Assembly: GCA_963662545.2 (NCBI GenBank)
Contig: CAXXLL010000002.1
Location: 2,432,001 to 2,496,000, forward strand
DNA length: 64,000 bases
Origin: Gammaproteobacteria bacterium
GTDB lineage: Bacteria; Pseudomonadota; Gammaproteobacteria; Ga0077536
Direction of reading: 5' to 3'
Shown here: piece by piece, positions 39,599 through 50,332 of the stretch
Layout of the letters: each line of letters starts with the position of its first letter
How positions within the stretch are numbered: the stretch's first letter is position 1
Translations under genes and position numbers: made by a program
Notes under the pieces: model-generated
What the model was told of the DNA's origin: nothing
The model's database searches: none
Seen by the model: only the letters and a program-made list of their open reading frames with translations

Positions 39599-41021
39599 CA
39601 TAGGTTAGTTCTTAAGCGGCCGCATGAACATGCTGAAGGCCGAGCTTGAGTCGTCCCGAAATGCAATCGCGGTCAGGTTTTGCGCGCTGAGCGTTGCTGG
39701 CCAAATAGCGCAACGCGTGTTCGAGCGGTCGGTGTAAAGAGCGGGGCCGATGGATAAGCGTATGGAGAATGGGACCGAGCACGTGATGAATGCACTTGGC
39801 CGCGGTATGAGTCGAGATGGCGACGTTCAACCAGCGCTCGGTGACATGAGCGCAATAGCGCTGCAGCGTTGCGGCGCATAGTGCGGCCCAGATAAGCCCT
39901 TCGGCGATGTGCGGGTTGGCGGTATCAAAGGCGTGTAGATTGGCGTAAGACTTCCACTCTTTGAAGAGCAGCTCGACCTGCCAGCGTAATCGATACGCGT
40001 CGCTAATATGCTCGGGCGTAAAGGTGGTGGCGTCGAGATTGGTGATGAGATAACGAGGTGCTGCACCTTTTTTAAGGTTGGGGTGCACGACTAAACGACA
40101 GGTCCAGGGTCCCTGCACGCCGTCGAATTGCACGGCCATGTCGAGGCAATCGAAGCGCTTTAAGGTCGATGCCACCGCTTTCAATCGCTGCTTGTCAAAG
40201 CGTTTGACCCGCCGCCCATCGGCGCGACGAGCGGCAACGATCAGCGGATTGATGCCCTGACCCGCGCGCACGATGAAATGGCCGCCGGCGGTGTCGAGCG
40301 CTTCAAAGTAAGGCCGTGCGAAGTAGCCACGGTCGGCCAGCAACAAACCGCCAGCGACCTCTTCAACCGCCGGCAAGAACTGCCGCTCTGCTGAGCTGTC
40401 AGGGCTGAGTACGACCTCGTTCAGGGTCTCACTGAGCAGGTCGAGATCGGCATGGAGTTCCACCGCGGCGGGACTCACGGTCGTGAAGCGACCGGGAAAG
40501 CTGTCCTTCAGCGCCGGTTTTAACGCAAACGAGGTGCCGTCCTGGATGCGGATGTGGTCAAACTGCGCAAATGGGCTGTTGGGTTCGAATCGGAGGACAT
40601 CGCAGGCCAGGCCATTGAGCAATTCGCTTAGCAGCGCTTGCATAAACATCGGAAACTGTTTTTTGGCGAGCTGATTATGAAACGGTTTGTAGCGCACCGT
40701 GGTCGAGCACAGCGCATTGAAAGCGCGTTGAATATCAGCGATACAGCTCGCTGAGTGCCCGGCGAAGCTTTCGATTAGGCTTACCGCTAAACGGAACGGC
40801 GTGACCTCCCTTTCTCGGCGACAGAATCGCGTTGCACGCCCCAAGTCGTTGAGCGTACGCTCGCCTAGCGTGCGTTTTAACTGCCGGCTCACTGTGCTAG
40901 TTTCGCTGTGCTTCATCCGATACTCCCAGATCACGAAGTCGATTGGTGTTGATTTCATGATCTGATCGGATGGAGCGCTTTTGGTTCCCTCTTTTCAACG
41001 GGTTATAAGATCCGACCTATG
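39599..41021 (-). mobile_element. IS4-family insertion sequence (1423 bp)
   Basis: Imperfect termini CATAGGTTAGTTCTTA / CATAGGTCGGATCTTA; 10-bp direct repeat AGCGGGTACT at 39589-39598 and 41022-41031. Confidence 0.92.
39612..40958 (-). CDS. IS4-family DDE transposase
   Basis: IQDGTS, LADRGY, YRLRWQVELLFKEWK (YREK motif). Confidence 0.95.
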   Translation of the reverse strand: MKSTPIDFVIWEYRMKHSETSTVSRQLKRTLGERTLNDLGRATRFCRREREVTPFRLAVSLIESFAGHSASCIADIQRAFNALCSTTVRYKPFHNQLAKKQFPMFMQALLSELLNGLACDVLRFEPNSPFAQFDHIRIQDGTSFALKPALKDSFPGRFTTVSPAAVELHADLDLLSETLNEVVLSPDSSAERQFLPAVEEVAGGLLLADRGYFARPYFEALDTAGGHFIVRAGQGINPLIVAARRADGRRVKRFDKQRLKAVASTLKRFDCLDMAVQFDGVQGPWTCRLVVHPNLKKGAAPRYLITNLDATTFTPEHISDAYRLRWQVELLFKEWKSYANLHAFDTANPHIAEGLIWAALCAATLQRYCAHVTERWLNVAISTHTAAKCIHHVLGPILHTLIHRPRSLHRPLEHALRYLASNAQRAKPDRDCISGRLKLGLQHVHAAA

Positions 41022-41389
41022 AGCGGGTACTAGGGCTAAGGTTCGTAACGTAAGGCTCCGCGATTTCATGGACAAGGCAGATGGGCCATGACTTATTCAG
41101 AGGTTCCTTAATGCATTGTCCGCAAGAGCTCGCCACGATGCAACTCCTGATAGCGGGAAAACCCAATGGAAACGGCACGATAGGACGCATTGAACCACGC
41201 TCCAACCGGCCTGTAACGGTTGGCGCCACGCGCCCTTCAGCGATGGACTTCTTGAGGAGATCTCGTAGCTAGCGGAATGTTTGCAGTGCTTCGGGGGGGT
41301 CTTGTAAGGCGAGGAGGTATATTAAAATAGAACTCAAGCAATTAGACTCAGTCTATTAGGGTCAGTGCTTTCCCATACGAGGACACCGA

Positions 41390-41704
41390 ATGGATCCCAT
41401 TGAACGCATTAGAAACATTGTCGAATCGAACCCGATCGTGTTATTCATGAAAGGTACGCCACAATTCCCCCAGTGCGGGTTTTCCATGCGTACCTGTGAG
41501 GCCCTCAAAGCCTGCGGGGTCGATTATCACCACGTCGATATACTGGCCGAGCCGGAAATTCGCCAGCACCTGCCGCAGTATTCGAAGTGGCCGACTTTTC
41601 CTCAGCTTTTTGTCGGCGGCGAGTTGGTCGGCGGCTGCGATATAGTGATGGGCATGTATCAAAGCGGCGATCTGGAACGCGTAACGCAAGAAGCGACTGC
41701 CTGA
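41390..41704 (+). CDS. grxD: Monothiol glutaredoxin Grx4
   Basis: MKGTPQFPQCGFS, WPTFPQL, GGCD. Confidence 0.96.
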   Translation: MDPIERIRNIVESNPIVLFMKGTPQFPQCGFSMRTCEALKACGVDYHHVDILAEPEIRQHLPQYSKWPTFPQLFVGGELVGGCDIVMGMYQSGDLERVTQEATA

Positions 41705-41731
41705 GCCGACGGGCCGGGCGGCACCTCCGTC

Positions 41732-42454
41732 CTAGCCGCTATCGCTCTCTCGGTCACTTAACCAGACGCAACGACCATCGCTCCCGCCGTCGATAAGCTC
41801 GAGCTGTCGACGATGCAGTTCCTTCTCCTCACCACGCGGCACAACGACGCTCAGCTCACGGCCCGAAACACCCCTTTGAAACTCATTGCGTTCACGCGTG
41901 TGCGTTGCGCTCCTCGTTTCCAGTTCGAGCGCCCCCTGACCACCGGTCATTGCGAGATAAACTTCGGCTAATAATTCCGCATCGAGCAGTGCGCCGTGGA
42001 TTTCCCGATGCGTGTTGTCGATCTCGTATCGCCGGCACAAAGCATCGAGACTGTTGCGTTGCCCCGGATGCGTTTCGCGCGCGAGCTTGAGCGTATCGAA
42101 CACCGTGCAATAGTCTTCGATACTTCCCCAGGCCGCGCCCAATACGTCGAATTCCGCGTTGATGAAACCGACGTCGAACGGTGCGTTGTGAATGACAAGT
42201 TCCGCGCCCCGAACAAACTCGATGAAATTCGTCGCAATCTCGGCAAACACGGGTTTGTCCCGCAAGTCTTCGAGCGTGATGCCGTGTACCTCGACTGCGC
42301 CGGCGTCGATCTCGCGCTCGGGATTCAGGTATCGTTGAAAACGTGTATTACTGATTCGTCGATCGACGATCTCGACGCAGCCTATTTCAATGATTCGATG
42401 ACCCTGTGAGGGTTCAAGCCCGGTGGTCTCAGTATCCAATACGATTTGACGCAT
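41732..42454 (-). CDS. dnaQ: DNA polymerase III epsilon subunit
   Basis: MRQIVLDTETTG, HNAPFD, HGALLDAELLAEVYLAMTGGQ. Confidence 0.97.
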   Translation of the reverse strand: MRQIVLDTETTGLEPSQGHRIIEIGCVEIVDRRISNTRFQRYLNPEREIDAGAVEVHGITLEDLRDKPVFAEIATNFIEFVRGAELVIHNAPFDVGFINAEFDVLGAAWGSIEDYCTVFDTLKLARETHPGQRNSLDALCRRYEIDNTHREIHGALLDAELLAEVYLAMTGGQGALELETRSATHTRERNEFQRGVSGRELSVVVPRGEEKELHRRQLELIDGGSDGRCVWLSDRESDSG

Positions 42455-42487
42455 GAGCACTCCTAATTAGACAGGCTGCTGGCGTTT

Positions 42488-42940
42488 TCAACTATCGATG
42501 AGATCGTCGATGGCCTCGTTGGCCAGGCGATCGGCGGCTTCGTTGCCCGGATCTCCCGCATGTCCGCGTACCCATGACCAATGAACGTCGTGCTCAGCTG
42601 CAAGCTGCTCGAGGCGCTGCCACAGGTCGACATTTTTAACGGGCTTCTTCGATGCGGTTTTCCAGTTCCGCGACCGCCATTGCGGCAACCATTGCGTAAT
42701 GCCGTTCTTCACATATTTTGAATCGGTATAAAGATTGACGCGAATTTTCCGGTTCAACGCGGCGAGCGCCTCGATCGCTGCTGTGAGTTCCATGCGGTTG
42801 TTGGTCGTATCGCGCTCGGCGCCCTTAATCGCGCGTTCGACGTCACCAAAACGCAACAGCGCGCCCCATCCGCCGACCCCCGGATTCCCACGGCAGGCGC
42901 CGTCGGTATAGATTTCCACGATCTCATCTTCGTCGGTCAT
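42488..42940 (-). CDS. rnhA: Ribonuclease HI
   Basis: [31 protein letters not shown]. Confidence 0.97.
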   Translation of the reverse strand: MTDEDEIVEIYTDGACRGNPGVGGWGALLRFGDVERAIKGAERDTTNNRMELTAAIEALAALNRKIRVNLYTDSKYVKNGITQWLPQWRSRNWKTASKKPVKNVDLWQRLEQLAAEHDVHWSWVRGHAGDPGNEAADRLANEAIDDLIDS

Positions 42941-42944
42941 GTGA

Positions 42945-43763
42945 TCACGATTCCCTCAGACCGGAACAATTCATTTTACGTGTAGTCGGTTCGACCATGC
43001 CGCCGGCCACCACCCGCCGCCGCTGACGCCAACTGACCTTGAGTGGCGTGATACCTTCGACGCGTTTCTTGCCGACGACAAGATAGATATTGCTGAATAC
43101 GGGCCAACAGAAAGCCCCGAGATTCTCGACGAATTCGAGTCGTTTGTTGAGCCCGGCGCGGTTAATCGACGGCCGAAATGATGCGCGCGAAAAATGAACG
43201 ATGTCGAACCCCAACAGTTGCAGCCAGTCCTTTAAACGGGTGGCGCCGATAAAGCTTCCGCACCAAGGCGCGCGGCGTCGCCATCGCCACAACAAAGACC
43301 ATAGTCCGTGAAAACTCCAAGGATTGAATCCGAGGATGACGAGGTGACCCTCGCCGATCAACACGCGCTCCGCCTCGCGCAGTACCCGCCTGGAATCTTT
43401 AGAGAATTCTAGGACGTGCGGCAGGACGAGCACGTCGATCGCGCTTGCTGCGATCGGTAATGCATCACCGACACACCTCAGTTGCGCGTCCGGATGATTC
43501 GCATGACTGAGTTCAACCACGATTTGATGGGAGATACGGCTCGAGGTAATCAAGCCCTCCGTATAGTGGCATCCCAATTGCACGATGTGGTAGCCGAAAA
43601 GATCTGGCAGGATGCGCCGCAACAATCTGATTTCGGCAGCTGCGACGATACTGCCCGGCTCGCACTCAAACCAGTGATGCAGCTGCACGATCGGCGATTC
43701 ATCATTTAATTCGGAAGGCATTGCCCTTAAGTCTTGCGCGCCGATTGCATGAAGCTCGGACAT
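42945..43763 (-). CDS. YafS-like SAM-dependent methyltransferase
   Basis: LPHVLEFS...LREAERVL...GFNPWS; conserved position upstream of rnhA. Confidence 0.85.
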   Translation of the reverse strand: MSELHAIGAQDLRAMPSELNDESPIVQLHHWFECEPGSIVAAAEIRLLRRILPDLFGYHIVQLGCHYTEGLITSSRISHQIVVELSHANHPDAQLRCVGDALPIAASAIDVLVLPHVLEFSKDSRRVLREAERVLIGEGHLVILGFNPWSFHGLWSLLWRWRRRAPWCGSFIGATRLKDWLQLLGFDIVHFSRASFRPSINRAGLNKRLEFVENLGAFCWPVFSNIYLVVGKKRVEGITPLKVSWRQRRRVVAGGMVEPTTRKMNCSGLRES

Positions 43764-43965
43764 CGTCGAATGACCTGATCAATCCTGGTTGCACAATAAG
43801 TTCTCTAAGCGTCGTGGCCGCCTTCGAGCATTAGGCGGGATGGTGTGCCGACTGTCGTGCCCGGCCTTGGCGCGCGTAAAGCAGCCAATGCAGCCTGTCA
43901 CGCCGAACGCTGCAGTGCAACGCGAATCCTTGACGCTCACTACCGCCCTTTCTAGCATACCCGTC

Positions 43966-45552
43966 ATGTTGGGGGGTGAAACCAGACGGGGAGGAATCGT
44001 CGCGTGTCTGCTCGCGGCCTGTCTAGTCGGCTGTGCAAACCAGCCTTCTTCGAAGCGCACAGACCCGGATCCGGGTCCATTCGAATCCGGTGGTCAATCA
44101 GGCCTCGAATCAGCGACCGCGCTGGACGGCGGCGGGCAGCGCAAAGCGCCCGCACGGGTCGCCGGCCAAGTGGACGATTTATGGCACCGGATCATCGTCG
44201 AGCTGCGCATGACGCCACCCAGCCACCAGCGTATCGAGGCGGCTGTCGCCGACCTCCGCCGCAATAGCGATTTCGTTTCTGCGGCAACGACGCGCGCCGG
44301 ACCCTATTTGTATTTCATTTACCAGGAGATCGAAAAGCGTCGTCTTCCATTCGAAATAGCGCTCGTGCCGATCATTGAGAGCGGCTACGCGCCGCGCGCC
44401 ACTTCGCCGGATGGCGCCGCTGGAATCTGGCAGCTCATGGCTGCGACCGGGCATCGCTTCGGCCTGCATCAATCGCGCTGGTTCGACGGCCGGCGCGATA
44501 TCGTCGCAAGCACCTACGCGGCACTGGACTACTTTGAAGAATTGAGCGATCGCTTTTACGGCGACTGGCTGCTTGCATTTGCCGCGTATAACTGTGGCGA
44601 GCGTACGGTGGAACGCGCCATCGAACGCAATCAGCGTATGGGGCGACCCACCGATTTCTGGTCGCTCGAATTACCGCGCGAGACCGAGCTTTACGTCCCA
44701 AAGCTGCTCGCCTTGATCGAGGTGCTGTCACATCCCGAAGCACACGGCGTGACGGTTGCCGAGATTCGCTATGCGCCCTACTTCGATAGCGTCGAGGTCA
44801 ATGGTTCGCTCGATCTCAACCGGGTGATCGAGTGGAGCGGCATGTCCACTAAAGAATTCGAGGCTTTGAATCCCGGGTTCCGAACGCGTTACAGCGTGAA
44901 CGGGACGCCGAGCCGAGTGCTGGTACGCAAGAACAAGGCCGAAGCCGTCGCCATCGCGCTCGCCGCACTATCCGACGACGATCGCATGGCGCCGCGCACC
45001 TACACCGTCAAGTCGGGTGAAACCCTGTCGCACATCGCGGCCGAGACCGGCGCGACGGTGGCGGCCCTCAAGCGGGCGAACGGGATGCGTACAAACCGCA
45101 TTCACGCCGGCCAGAACATTTTGATCCCGGTACTCGGTTCGATCACCGGCGGTGAGAGGTCGTTTGACTCTGAGAGTGCCAATACCAGGGTCCATGTCAT
45201 CGTTCGGGGCGATACCTTGTGGGATCTCGCACGGCTCTACGGGACCACCAGCGACGCCCTTGCGGCTGCGAACGACATGCATCCAGACCACACCCTGCGC
45301 CCGGGACGGGAATTGCGCTTGCCGGGCGGCACCGTCAAAGAACCGCCCGGCGCGTCGGTACGCCATTACGAAGTCAAAAAGGGCGATTCGCTATGGACTA
45401 TATCTCGCCGTTTCAAGGTGTCGGTGGCGGAACTCAAGAAATGGAACGGACTGTCCGGCAAGCGCTATCTCAAACCGGGCCAGCGCCTGGTAGTCTACCA
45501 ACCCGCCCCAACTTCCGTCGACGCCCGTCAGGAAATTATAAGAAACCTCTGA
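43966..45552 (+). CDS. mltD: MltD-like lytic transglycosylase with LysM repeats
   Basis: Lipobox LVGC, IESGY, AAGIWQL, AAYNCGE, ETELYVPK, three LysM domains; last codons come from MITE copy 7. Confidence 0.85.
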   Translation: MLGGETRRGGIVACLLAACLVGCANQPSSKRTDPDPGPFESGGQSGLESATALDGGGQRKAPARVAGQVDDLWHRIIVELRMTPPSHQRIEAAVADLRRNSDFVSAATTRAGPYLYFIYQEIEKRRLPFEIALVPIIESGYAPRATSPDGAAGIWQLMAATGHRFGLHQSRWFDGRRDIVASTYAALDYFEELSDRFYGDWLLAFAAYNCGERTVERAIERNQRMGRPTDFWSLELPRETELYVPKLLALIEVLSHPEAHGVTVAEIRYAPYFDSVEVNGSLDLNRVIEWSGMSTKEFEALNPGFRTRYSVNGTPSRVLVRKNKAEAVAIALAALSDDDRMAPRTYTVKSGETLSHIAAETGATVAALKRANGMRTNRIHAGQNILIPVLGSITGGERSFDSESANTRVHVIVRGDTLWDLARLYGTTSDALAAANDMHPDHTLRPGRELRLPGGTVKEPPGASVRHYEVKKGDSLWTISRRFKVSVAELKKWNGLSGKRYLKPGQRLVVYQPAPTSVDARQEIIRNL

Positions 45553-45703
45553 ATAAGTCATGACACATCTGCCCTGCCCATGGAATCGCGGAGCCTTACG
45601 TTAGGAACCTTAGCCCTAGTCCCCGCTATGCCGTGCGATTCGTGCCTTGACCTGCACCATTACATGAACCATTCAGACGCACCATGACTTATTCAGAGGT
45701 TTC
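45542..45703. mobile_element. MITE family A copy 7
   Basis: Family termini; flanks ATAA/TTAA. Confidence 0.9.
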
Positions 45704-45759
45704 TTAATTCACGCGCCGCGAAATCGGAATCAGGATCTCAATTGAGGAGTAGGACTCAC

Positions 45760-47964
45760 ATGCCGGCGCTACCCATACGCATACTGCGTGCCAGCATCGC
45801 GTTTGTCGTGCGCCTGATCCTGCGCGTCCGGATCGAAGGCGTCGATAATTTTCACGCGGCCGGCGAGCACGTGCTCATCGTCGCCAATCACATATCACTG
45901 ATCGACGGCGCCTTGCTGTACCTTTTCCTGCCCGAGCCGCCGACCTTCGCGATCAATGCCGAAATGGCACGCCGCTGGTACTTTAAACCGTTCCTGATGT
46001 TCGTTCATAAGCTCGAGGTGGACACACTCAGCCCCGCCGCGATCAAATCGATGATCAGGCTCATCCAGGGCGGCCGCAAGGCTGTCATTTTTCCCGAAGG
46101 CCGGATCACCACGACCAGCACCATAATGAAAGTCTACGAAGGGCCGGGCATGATTGCCGATAAGGCTGGCGCGATGATTCTGCCGGTCGGTCTGGAAGGA
46201 CCCCAGTACTCGCGTCTGTCCTATCTCAAAGGTCAGGTCCGGCAGCGCTGGTTGCCGCGGGTGCGGATCACGATTCTACCGCCGCGCAGGCTCGATCTGC
46301 CCGACGAAATCCGGGGTAGTGAACGCCGCGCTGCCGGCGCAGAAGCCCTCGCCCGAATTATGCGGGAGGTCTCGTACGAAAACGCTTTCGTGCGCGAAAC
46401 CTTGTTTGACGCGCTGATACGCAGCTCGCGTATTCATGGCCCGCGCCGCGTGGCGGTCGAAGACATCACGGGTACGCGATTGACCTACCATCAGCTGATC
46501 CTGCGTTCGTTCGTGCTCGGCGCATTGATCGCACGAATGACGGACACGCGCGATCGGATCGGCATCATGTTGCCGAGCACGGTTGCGGCAATCGTGACCC
46601 TGTTCGCCTGCCAGGCGCGCGGACGCGAGGCCGCCATGCTCAATTTCACTACGGGCGTACGCGGACTGACGACCGCGATCGAAACTGCGGGAATCAAACT
46701 CGTCTTTACGTCCCGCGCCTTCATCGAAGCGGGACAACTGCAGGCAGAAGCCGCCGCACTAGACGCCGCATCTCGCCTGATATATCTCGAGGACCTCCGC
46801 GACCAGATCGGACTATTACCAAAAATAGTCGGCCTCATCGCTTCGCGAGTGCCAAGCCTGGCGCACCGCCTCTTGCGCTCGGGCCGCGAACCGGACGACC
46901 CCGCGGTCGTCATGTTCACCTCAGGGTCGGAGGGGATCCCCAAGGGAGTCGTCCTATCACACGCCAATCTGCTCGCAAATTACGCGCAGATATCGATGCT
47001 GATCGACCTCACGCGCCACGACCTGGTATTGAATGTACTGCCGGTATTTCATGCCTTCGGTCTGCTCGGCGGATTAATCCTGCCCTTATTAAAGGGCACG
47101 AAGTCCTTCCAGTATCCCAGCCCCCTGCATTACCGCATCATCCCGGAGATCTGTTACGAACAGGGCGTAACTTGCGTGTTCGGCACGGCAACGTTTCTGC
47201 GCGGCTACGCGCGCCAAGCCCATCCCTACGATTTTCACAAAATGCGCTTCGTGATCGCAGGCGCCGAGAAGCTTACTGACGAGACGCGTGAGCTGTGGTT
47301 AGACAAGTTCGGTATCCGGATCTTCGAAGGCTACGGCGCGACGGAAGCAAGCCCTGTCATCGCCGTCAACCACCCGCTCGGTTACCGTCGCGGCAGCGTC
47401 GGCCAGCTGGTGACGAAGATGACGTACTACCTCGAATCCGTCGAGGGTCTGGAGCACGGCGGAGAACTCATCGTTCATGGACCCAACGTGATGCTCGGCT
47501 ATCTGTTCCACGGCAGCGAGGGCGAAATCATACCCCCGTGGACGGAAAAACGCGGCGCTGGCTGGTACGTCACCGGAGATATCGTCACCGTCGACGGCAA
47601 CGGCTACGTCTCCATCCAGGGGCGCGCCAAGCGGTTCGCGAAGATCGGCGGCGAAATGGTGTCGTTGGCGGTGGTCGAAGAAATCGCGGTGGAATTGTGG
47701 CCCGACGGCCGGCACGCGGCCATCGCGATCCCGGACGCGCGCAAGGGCGAACAAATCGTGCTGCTCACCGACGTCGAGGAAGTGAGCCGCAACGCTCTGA
47801 TGGCGGCCGCACGCCGCGCGGGCGCAAGCGAACTCAACATTCCCAAGCAGATCGTGTACCGCGAAGCAATTCCCCTGCTCGGCTCCGGCAAGGTGGACTA
47901 CCTCGCGATCAGGGATCTCGTGTCGAAATACGCAAAGAAACCAGACGGCGCGGAAGAAGCCTGA
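45760..47964 (+). CDS. aas: Aas-like acyltransferase / acyl-ACP synthetase
   Basis: NHISLID and FPEG (PlsC domain); FTSGSEGIPKG, YGATE, GRAKRFAKIGGEMVSL (AMP-ligase domain). Confidence 0.88.
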   Translation: MPALPIRILRASIAFVVRLILRVRIEGVDNFHAAGEHVLIVANHISLIDGALLYLFLPEPPTFAINAEMARRWYFKPFLMFVHKLEVDTLSPAAIKSMIRLIQGGRKAVIFPEGRITTTSTIMKVYEGPGMIADKAGAMILPVGLEGPQYSRLSYLKGQVRQRWLPRVRITILPPRRLDLPDEIRGSERRAAGAEALARIMREVSYENAFVRETLFDALIRSSRIHGPRRVAVEDITGTRLTYHQLILRSFVLGALIARMTDTRDRIGIMLPSTVAAIVTLFACQARGREAAMLNFTTGVRGLTTAIETAGIKLVFTSRAFIEAGQLQAEAAALDAASRLIYLEDLRDQIGLLPKIVGLIASRVPSLAHRLLRSGREPDDPAVVMFTSGSEGIPKGVVLSHANLLANYAQISMLIDLTRHDLVLNVLPVFHAFGLLGGLILPLLKGTKSFQYPSPLHYRIIPEICYEQGVTCVFGTATFLRGYARQAHPYDFHKMRFVIAGAEKLTDETRELWLDKFGIRIFEGYGATEASPVIAVNHPLGYRRGSVGQLVTKMTYYLESVEGLEHGGELIVHGPNVMLGYLFHGSEGEIIPPWTEKRGAGWYVTGDIVTVDGNGYVSIQGRAKRFAKIGGEMVSLAVVEEIAVELWPDGRHAAIAIPDARKGEQIVLLTDVEEVSRNALMAAARRAGASELNIPKQIVYREAIPLLGSGKVDYLAIRDLVSKYAKKPDGAEEA

Positions 47965-48015
47965 GCAAAAATTTGCAATGAGGAAACGTGCCGCTCGTTG
48001 CGGCAGAAAGCTTTA

Positions 48016-48035
48016 TTCGCCCGCTTGCGGGCGAA
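48016..48035. repeat. REP-like palindrome
   Basis: TTCGCCCGC-TT-GCGGGCGAA between convergent genes; same core as 61241-61261. Confidence 0.5.
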
Positions 48036-48079
48036 CCCTAAGTACTACAGATTCGGTTCCGGTCATCGCGATCTCGTGA

Positions 48080-48826
48080 TTACATCGGCCGGCCGTTGAT
48101 ACTCCAGTCGTATTCCATAAACTTGATCTTGAAACCACCTATCAGCAATTCCCCGGCCTTCGTTTCGTCGTCGACGTATTGTGCAAGGTATTCGAGGATC
48201 CCCTTATCCGATTCCCCGAAATCGTCTCGGTGCCAGTCGAAAATCTCCGAGATCTTGGCCGTGCGCACGGCTACCGAGAAGCGATTTTTGCGGTTATCGT
48301 TGATGAAAACACGGATATTATCCTCGAGTTGCTGATCGATCGTGTCAATTTTGTAAGCTTCGGAGCGCAGCTGAGGACCGGAATACGACGCCGGTACCAA
48401 GGCGAAATGTGCCCGCGCGTCGTCCAGTTTGAGCACGATGTCACGCTCGATCGAACGTAGATCGAGATTCCTGCCGGCCACGCGATGTTCGGTCGTGCGG
48501 AAAAACTTGAACCGGCCGATCGCATTGATCGGCCTGATGCCATCAATGATGCTTTTTATCGCAAGCGCGTTGTAGGCATTGATCCAGAACGCGAGGCGCG
48601 CCTCCTTATTGTCAAGTGTGTCCGCGTCGAATTCCGATATTGCCTCGATGTACTTGAAAAAGCGGGCGTTGCGGGCGATCGCGGGATAATTGACGTAGCC
48701 GTCTTTAACGTTCCGCTCGAGGACGCCGTCGAGCAGCGAATGGAGTACGCGAACGTCGAACGCATAGGCTGCGGCCGGTACGCAAAGCAAAACTGACAAG
48801 AACGCAAAACCTGCCAGACGATTCAT
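48080..48826 (-). CDS. DUF547 domain exported protein
   Basis: Signal peptide, GYVNY, LAFWINAYNA, RAHFAL, ISEIFDWH..DF, YDWSIN. Confidence 0.88.
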   Translation of the reverse strand: MNRLAGFAFLSVLLCVPAAAYAFDVRVLHSLLDGVLERNVKDGYVNYPAIARNARFFKYIEAISEFDADTLDNKEARLAFWINAYNALAIKSIIDGIRPINAIGRFKFFRTTEHRVAGRNLDLRSIERDIVLKLDDARAHFALVPASYSGPQLRSEAYKIDTIDQQLEDNIRVFINDNRKNRFSVAVRTAKISEIFDWHRDDFGESDKGILEYLAQYVDDETKAGELLIGGFKIKFMEYDWSINGRPM

Positions 48827-49099
48827 CTGCACAAAATGAAACATAATTGGCGTCATGAGCGTCAATCTTCCGGGTAGCACTGGATTCTGCGAAGCTCTGC
48901 AAGTTCCATGATTACACTGGAACCCGTGAAGTGATTGCCATAATTGACCCATCAATGCAAGAATCGCCGCGATCGACAATCATCATCGAGCGATCGGAAG
49001 GCACAGTTTACACGACAACTCCGATTCGAACTCGGATGCACCCAGTATTCGGATTCCATTGCAGCGAATCGCATACGGGTGCCTGGAGACAGTCGCGCA

Positions 49100-50155
49100 A
49101 TGAGAGAAACAGTCAAGAACTATTATGGTTCGGTCCTGCAGGGATCGGACGATTTACGCACCAGCGTGTGCACGACTTCGTCGGCTCCTTCTGATTACTT
49201 AAAGGGGCTGCTCAGCAACGTACACGAGGAAGTACGCGACCGTTATTATGGCTGCGGCCTGGTCTATCCGGCATCACTCGAGGGCATGCGCGTGTTGGAT
49301 CTGGGATGCGGCGGCGGGCGCGACTGCTACGTTCTCGCGCAGCTGGTCGGCCCGTCGGGCCAGGTTGTGGGTATCGACATGACCGATGAGCAACTCGAGC
49401 TTGCACGTCGCACCATCGACTGGCACACGCGGCGATTCGGCTTCGACACCGCCAACGTCGAGTTCCACAAGGGCTATATCGAAAAACTCGACGAGACCGG
49501 TCTCGAACCCGCGAGTTTCGATCTCATCGTCTCTAACTGCGTCATCAATCTGGCGATCGACAAACCCGCCGTCCTAGACGGGGCCCACACGCTTCTGCGT
49601 GAGGGAGGGGAGATGTACTTTTCCGACATTTATGCCAGCCGGCGTATTCCGGAGGAACTGGCAGTCGACCCGGTGCTTTACGACGAGTGCCTGAGCGGAG
49701 CAATGTATTGGAACGACTTCGAACATCTGGCCCAGGCGATCGGTTTTCGCGATCCCAGGCTGGTCGAAGACTCCATGTTGACCATTCACGACCCGGCGAT
49801 CGCCGATCGCATCGGACACATCGATTTCCACTCCGCGACCTACCGATTATTCAAGCTTGAGGGGCTTGAACCGGCCTGCGAGGATTATGGCCAGGCCGTC
49901 GTCTACAACGGCGGCTTGCCGCATCACCGCGAGCGATTCATTCTCGATAAACACCACTCCATCGAACGCGGCCGCATGTTCCCGGTTTGCGGCAACACCT
50001 GGCGCATGCTGCATGACACGCGTTTCAAGCGGTATTTCGAATTCTTCGGCAGCTGGGATACGCACTACGGTATTTTCGAAGGCTGCGGCAGCTCGATCCC
50101 GTTCGATACCGGGAGCCCGGGTCCGGTCGCAACAGCGTCCCGATCCTGTTGTTGA
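49100..50155 (+). CDS. ArsM/AS3MT-like arsenite methyltransferase
   Basis: TSVC, YYGCG, LDLGCGGGRD, SNCVIN, ECLSGA, C-terminal CC. Start taken at ATG 49100. Confidence 0.8.
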   Translation: MRETVKNYYGSVLQGSDDLRTSVCTTSSAPSDYLKGLLSNVHEEVRDRYYGCGLVYPASLEGMRVLDLGCGGGRDCYVLAQLVGPSGQVVGIDMTDEQLELARRTIDWHTRRFGFDTANVEFHKGYIEKLDETGLEPASFDLIVSNCVINLAIDKPAVLDGAHTLLREGGEMYFSDIYASRRIPEELAVDPVLYDECLSGAMYWNDFEHLAQAIGFRDPRLVEDSMLTIHDPAIADRIGHIDFHSATYRLFKLEGLEPACEDYGQAVVYNGGLPHHRERFILDKHHSIERGRMFPVCGNTWRMLHDTRFKRYFEFFGSWDTHYGIFEGCGSSIPFDTGSPGPVATASRSCC

Positions 50156-50160
50156 CCTAG

Positions 50161-50323
50161 GGAATCTCTGAGTAAGTTTATGGTGCGGGTGAATGGTGCA
50201 TGAAATCGTGCAGATCAAGGCACGATTCGCAGGCCATAGCGGGGACTATGGGCAAGATTCGTAACGTAAGGCTCCGCGATTTCAGGCGCAAGGCAGGTGT
50301 GCCATAACTTATTCAGAGGTTCC
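50161..50323. mobile_element. MITE family A copy 8 (reverse orientation, 163 bp)
   Basis: Family sequence; flanks CTAG/CTAA. Confidence 0.88.
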
Positions 50324-50332
50324 CTAATCACT

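Larger units (their letters stand above)
39513..41107. mobile_element. MITE family A copy 6, split by an IS4 element (halves 39513-39598 and 41032-41107)
   Basis: Halves of 86 and 76 bp rejoin to 162 bp; flanks CTAA/TTAA. Confidence 0.9.

Noticed and set aside
41342-41354. Palindrome TAGACTCAGTCTA upstream of grxD as an IscR site
   Set aside because: Too short, and spacing does not match the IscR consensus convincingly by eye.
43763-43966. Missing gloB between yafS and mltD (also surE before pcm)
   Set aside because: No pseudogene remnant is recognisable; ordinary gene-order variation.
50147-50160. TGA after the ArsM-like terminal CC as a selenocysteine codon
   Set aside because: It is followed almost immediately by the MITE; no SECIS-like element or credible extension, and CC is a normal ArsM C-terminus.
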